Shown here: positions 63,340 to 64,000 of the stretch, one piece after another
Numbering within the stretch: position 1 is the stretch's first letter
How the letters are laid out: each line of letters starts with the position of its first letter
NCBI RefSeq assembly: GCF_963921235.1
Contig: NC_086118.1
Coordinates: forward strand, 17,238,001-17,302,000
Origin: Mobula hypostoma
Lineage: Eukaryota
DNA length: 64,000 nucleotides
Reading direction: 5' to 3'
Program-made: the position numbers and the translations under genes
Notes under the pieces: generated by a model
The model's input: the letters and a program-made list of their open reading frames with translations, nothing else
Database searches by the model: none
Told to the model about the DNA's origin: nothing

Positions 63340-63900
63340 TCCTCCTGAGATCCTCCCCATTTTAGATGCCAGTCTCCGACCAATTCAATTCACTCCATGT
63401 GATATCAGGGGCTGTGATAACTAGATAAACCAATGGCATCCCAGCAGTTGTACTAAACCAAACCTACAAAACTACCTACAGTACATACCCAGTAAAGCTG
63501 TTCCAGTCCAGTTAAAACAATGATATTTACTCAGCAATGTGGAATATTGTTCTAACCTCAAGGTATTCTACATATATGTGAAATCTTGAGCAACGCACTC
63601 AGAATCCTGGGCAAACTCAGCAAGTCATGGAAGCATCTATGGAGGGGAGTAAACTGTCGACGTTTCGGGCCAAGTCCCTTCATCAGGACTTTTTATTAGG
63701 AATATTGTTCTGTTCACTAAATACAGGACAAGTCCAATGTGGCTAATTCATTCCCAAACCGTCTACTCTCAATCAACAGTAAAGTGAGGGAAAGTTTCAT
63801 CAACGCTGTCATCAGGTGGTACTTACCATTTCTGAGTTTAACTTTTGCCAGGATTAAGACTTCAGATCTTGGTGCAACCACGGGCCACTGAGCAGAATTC
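63340..63900 (+). mobile_element. Decayed LINE RT N-terminal fragment
   Basis: Piecewise NGIPAVVL...KLFQ...QDKSNVAN...LLSI.SKV. Confidence 0.6.
63554..63698 (-). mobile_element. 145-bp Penelope pLTR insert with intact hammerhead core
   Basis: 13-bp direct repeat ggaatattgttct at 63541-63553 and 63699-63711; minus strand GTC-CTGATGA-AGGGACTTGGCCC-GAAAC-GTC-GAC. Confidence 0.82.
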
Positions 63901-64000
63901 CAGAGGCGCCTTAAAGTTCAAGGTTCAAAAATTCAAAATAAATGTTATTGTCGAAGTACAAATATGTCACCATATGTATCCCTGAGATTCATTTTCTTGT

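Overview
Eukaryotic, repeat-dense, apparently intronic or intergenic DNA. The repeat repertoire (CR1 LINEs with SGNH-type ORF1, Rex1/Babar LINEs, Penelope-like elements, V-SINE- and Deu-SINE-like elements) suggests a cartilaginous fish (shark/ray); this is inference from recalled repeat families, not a database result. No intact host or transposon gene is visible; every recognisable ORF is a broken TE fragment. The main result is a set of self-cleaving-ribozyme folds at retroelement ends. (1) A full-length, TSD-flanked Vingi-like LINE (21586-24698, minus) starts exactly with a 52-nt HDV-like fold that closely resembles the mammalian CPEB3 ribozyme but lacks P4. (2) An unrelated RTE-type non-autonomous element (3054-3636, minus) starts with the same P4-less, 6-bp-P1 architecture plus large insertions. 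(3) Two further RTE-type short elements have weaker HDV-like topologies. (4) Penelope pLTRs carry minimal hammerheads, at least two with intact cores. Also present: a MER2/Tigger-like DNA transposon very similar to the mammalian element, mariner and Tc1 derivatives, solo LTRs, nested insertions and one candidate 12-nt microexon. Boundaries without a TSD are approximate, and family names come from recalled consensus motifs.
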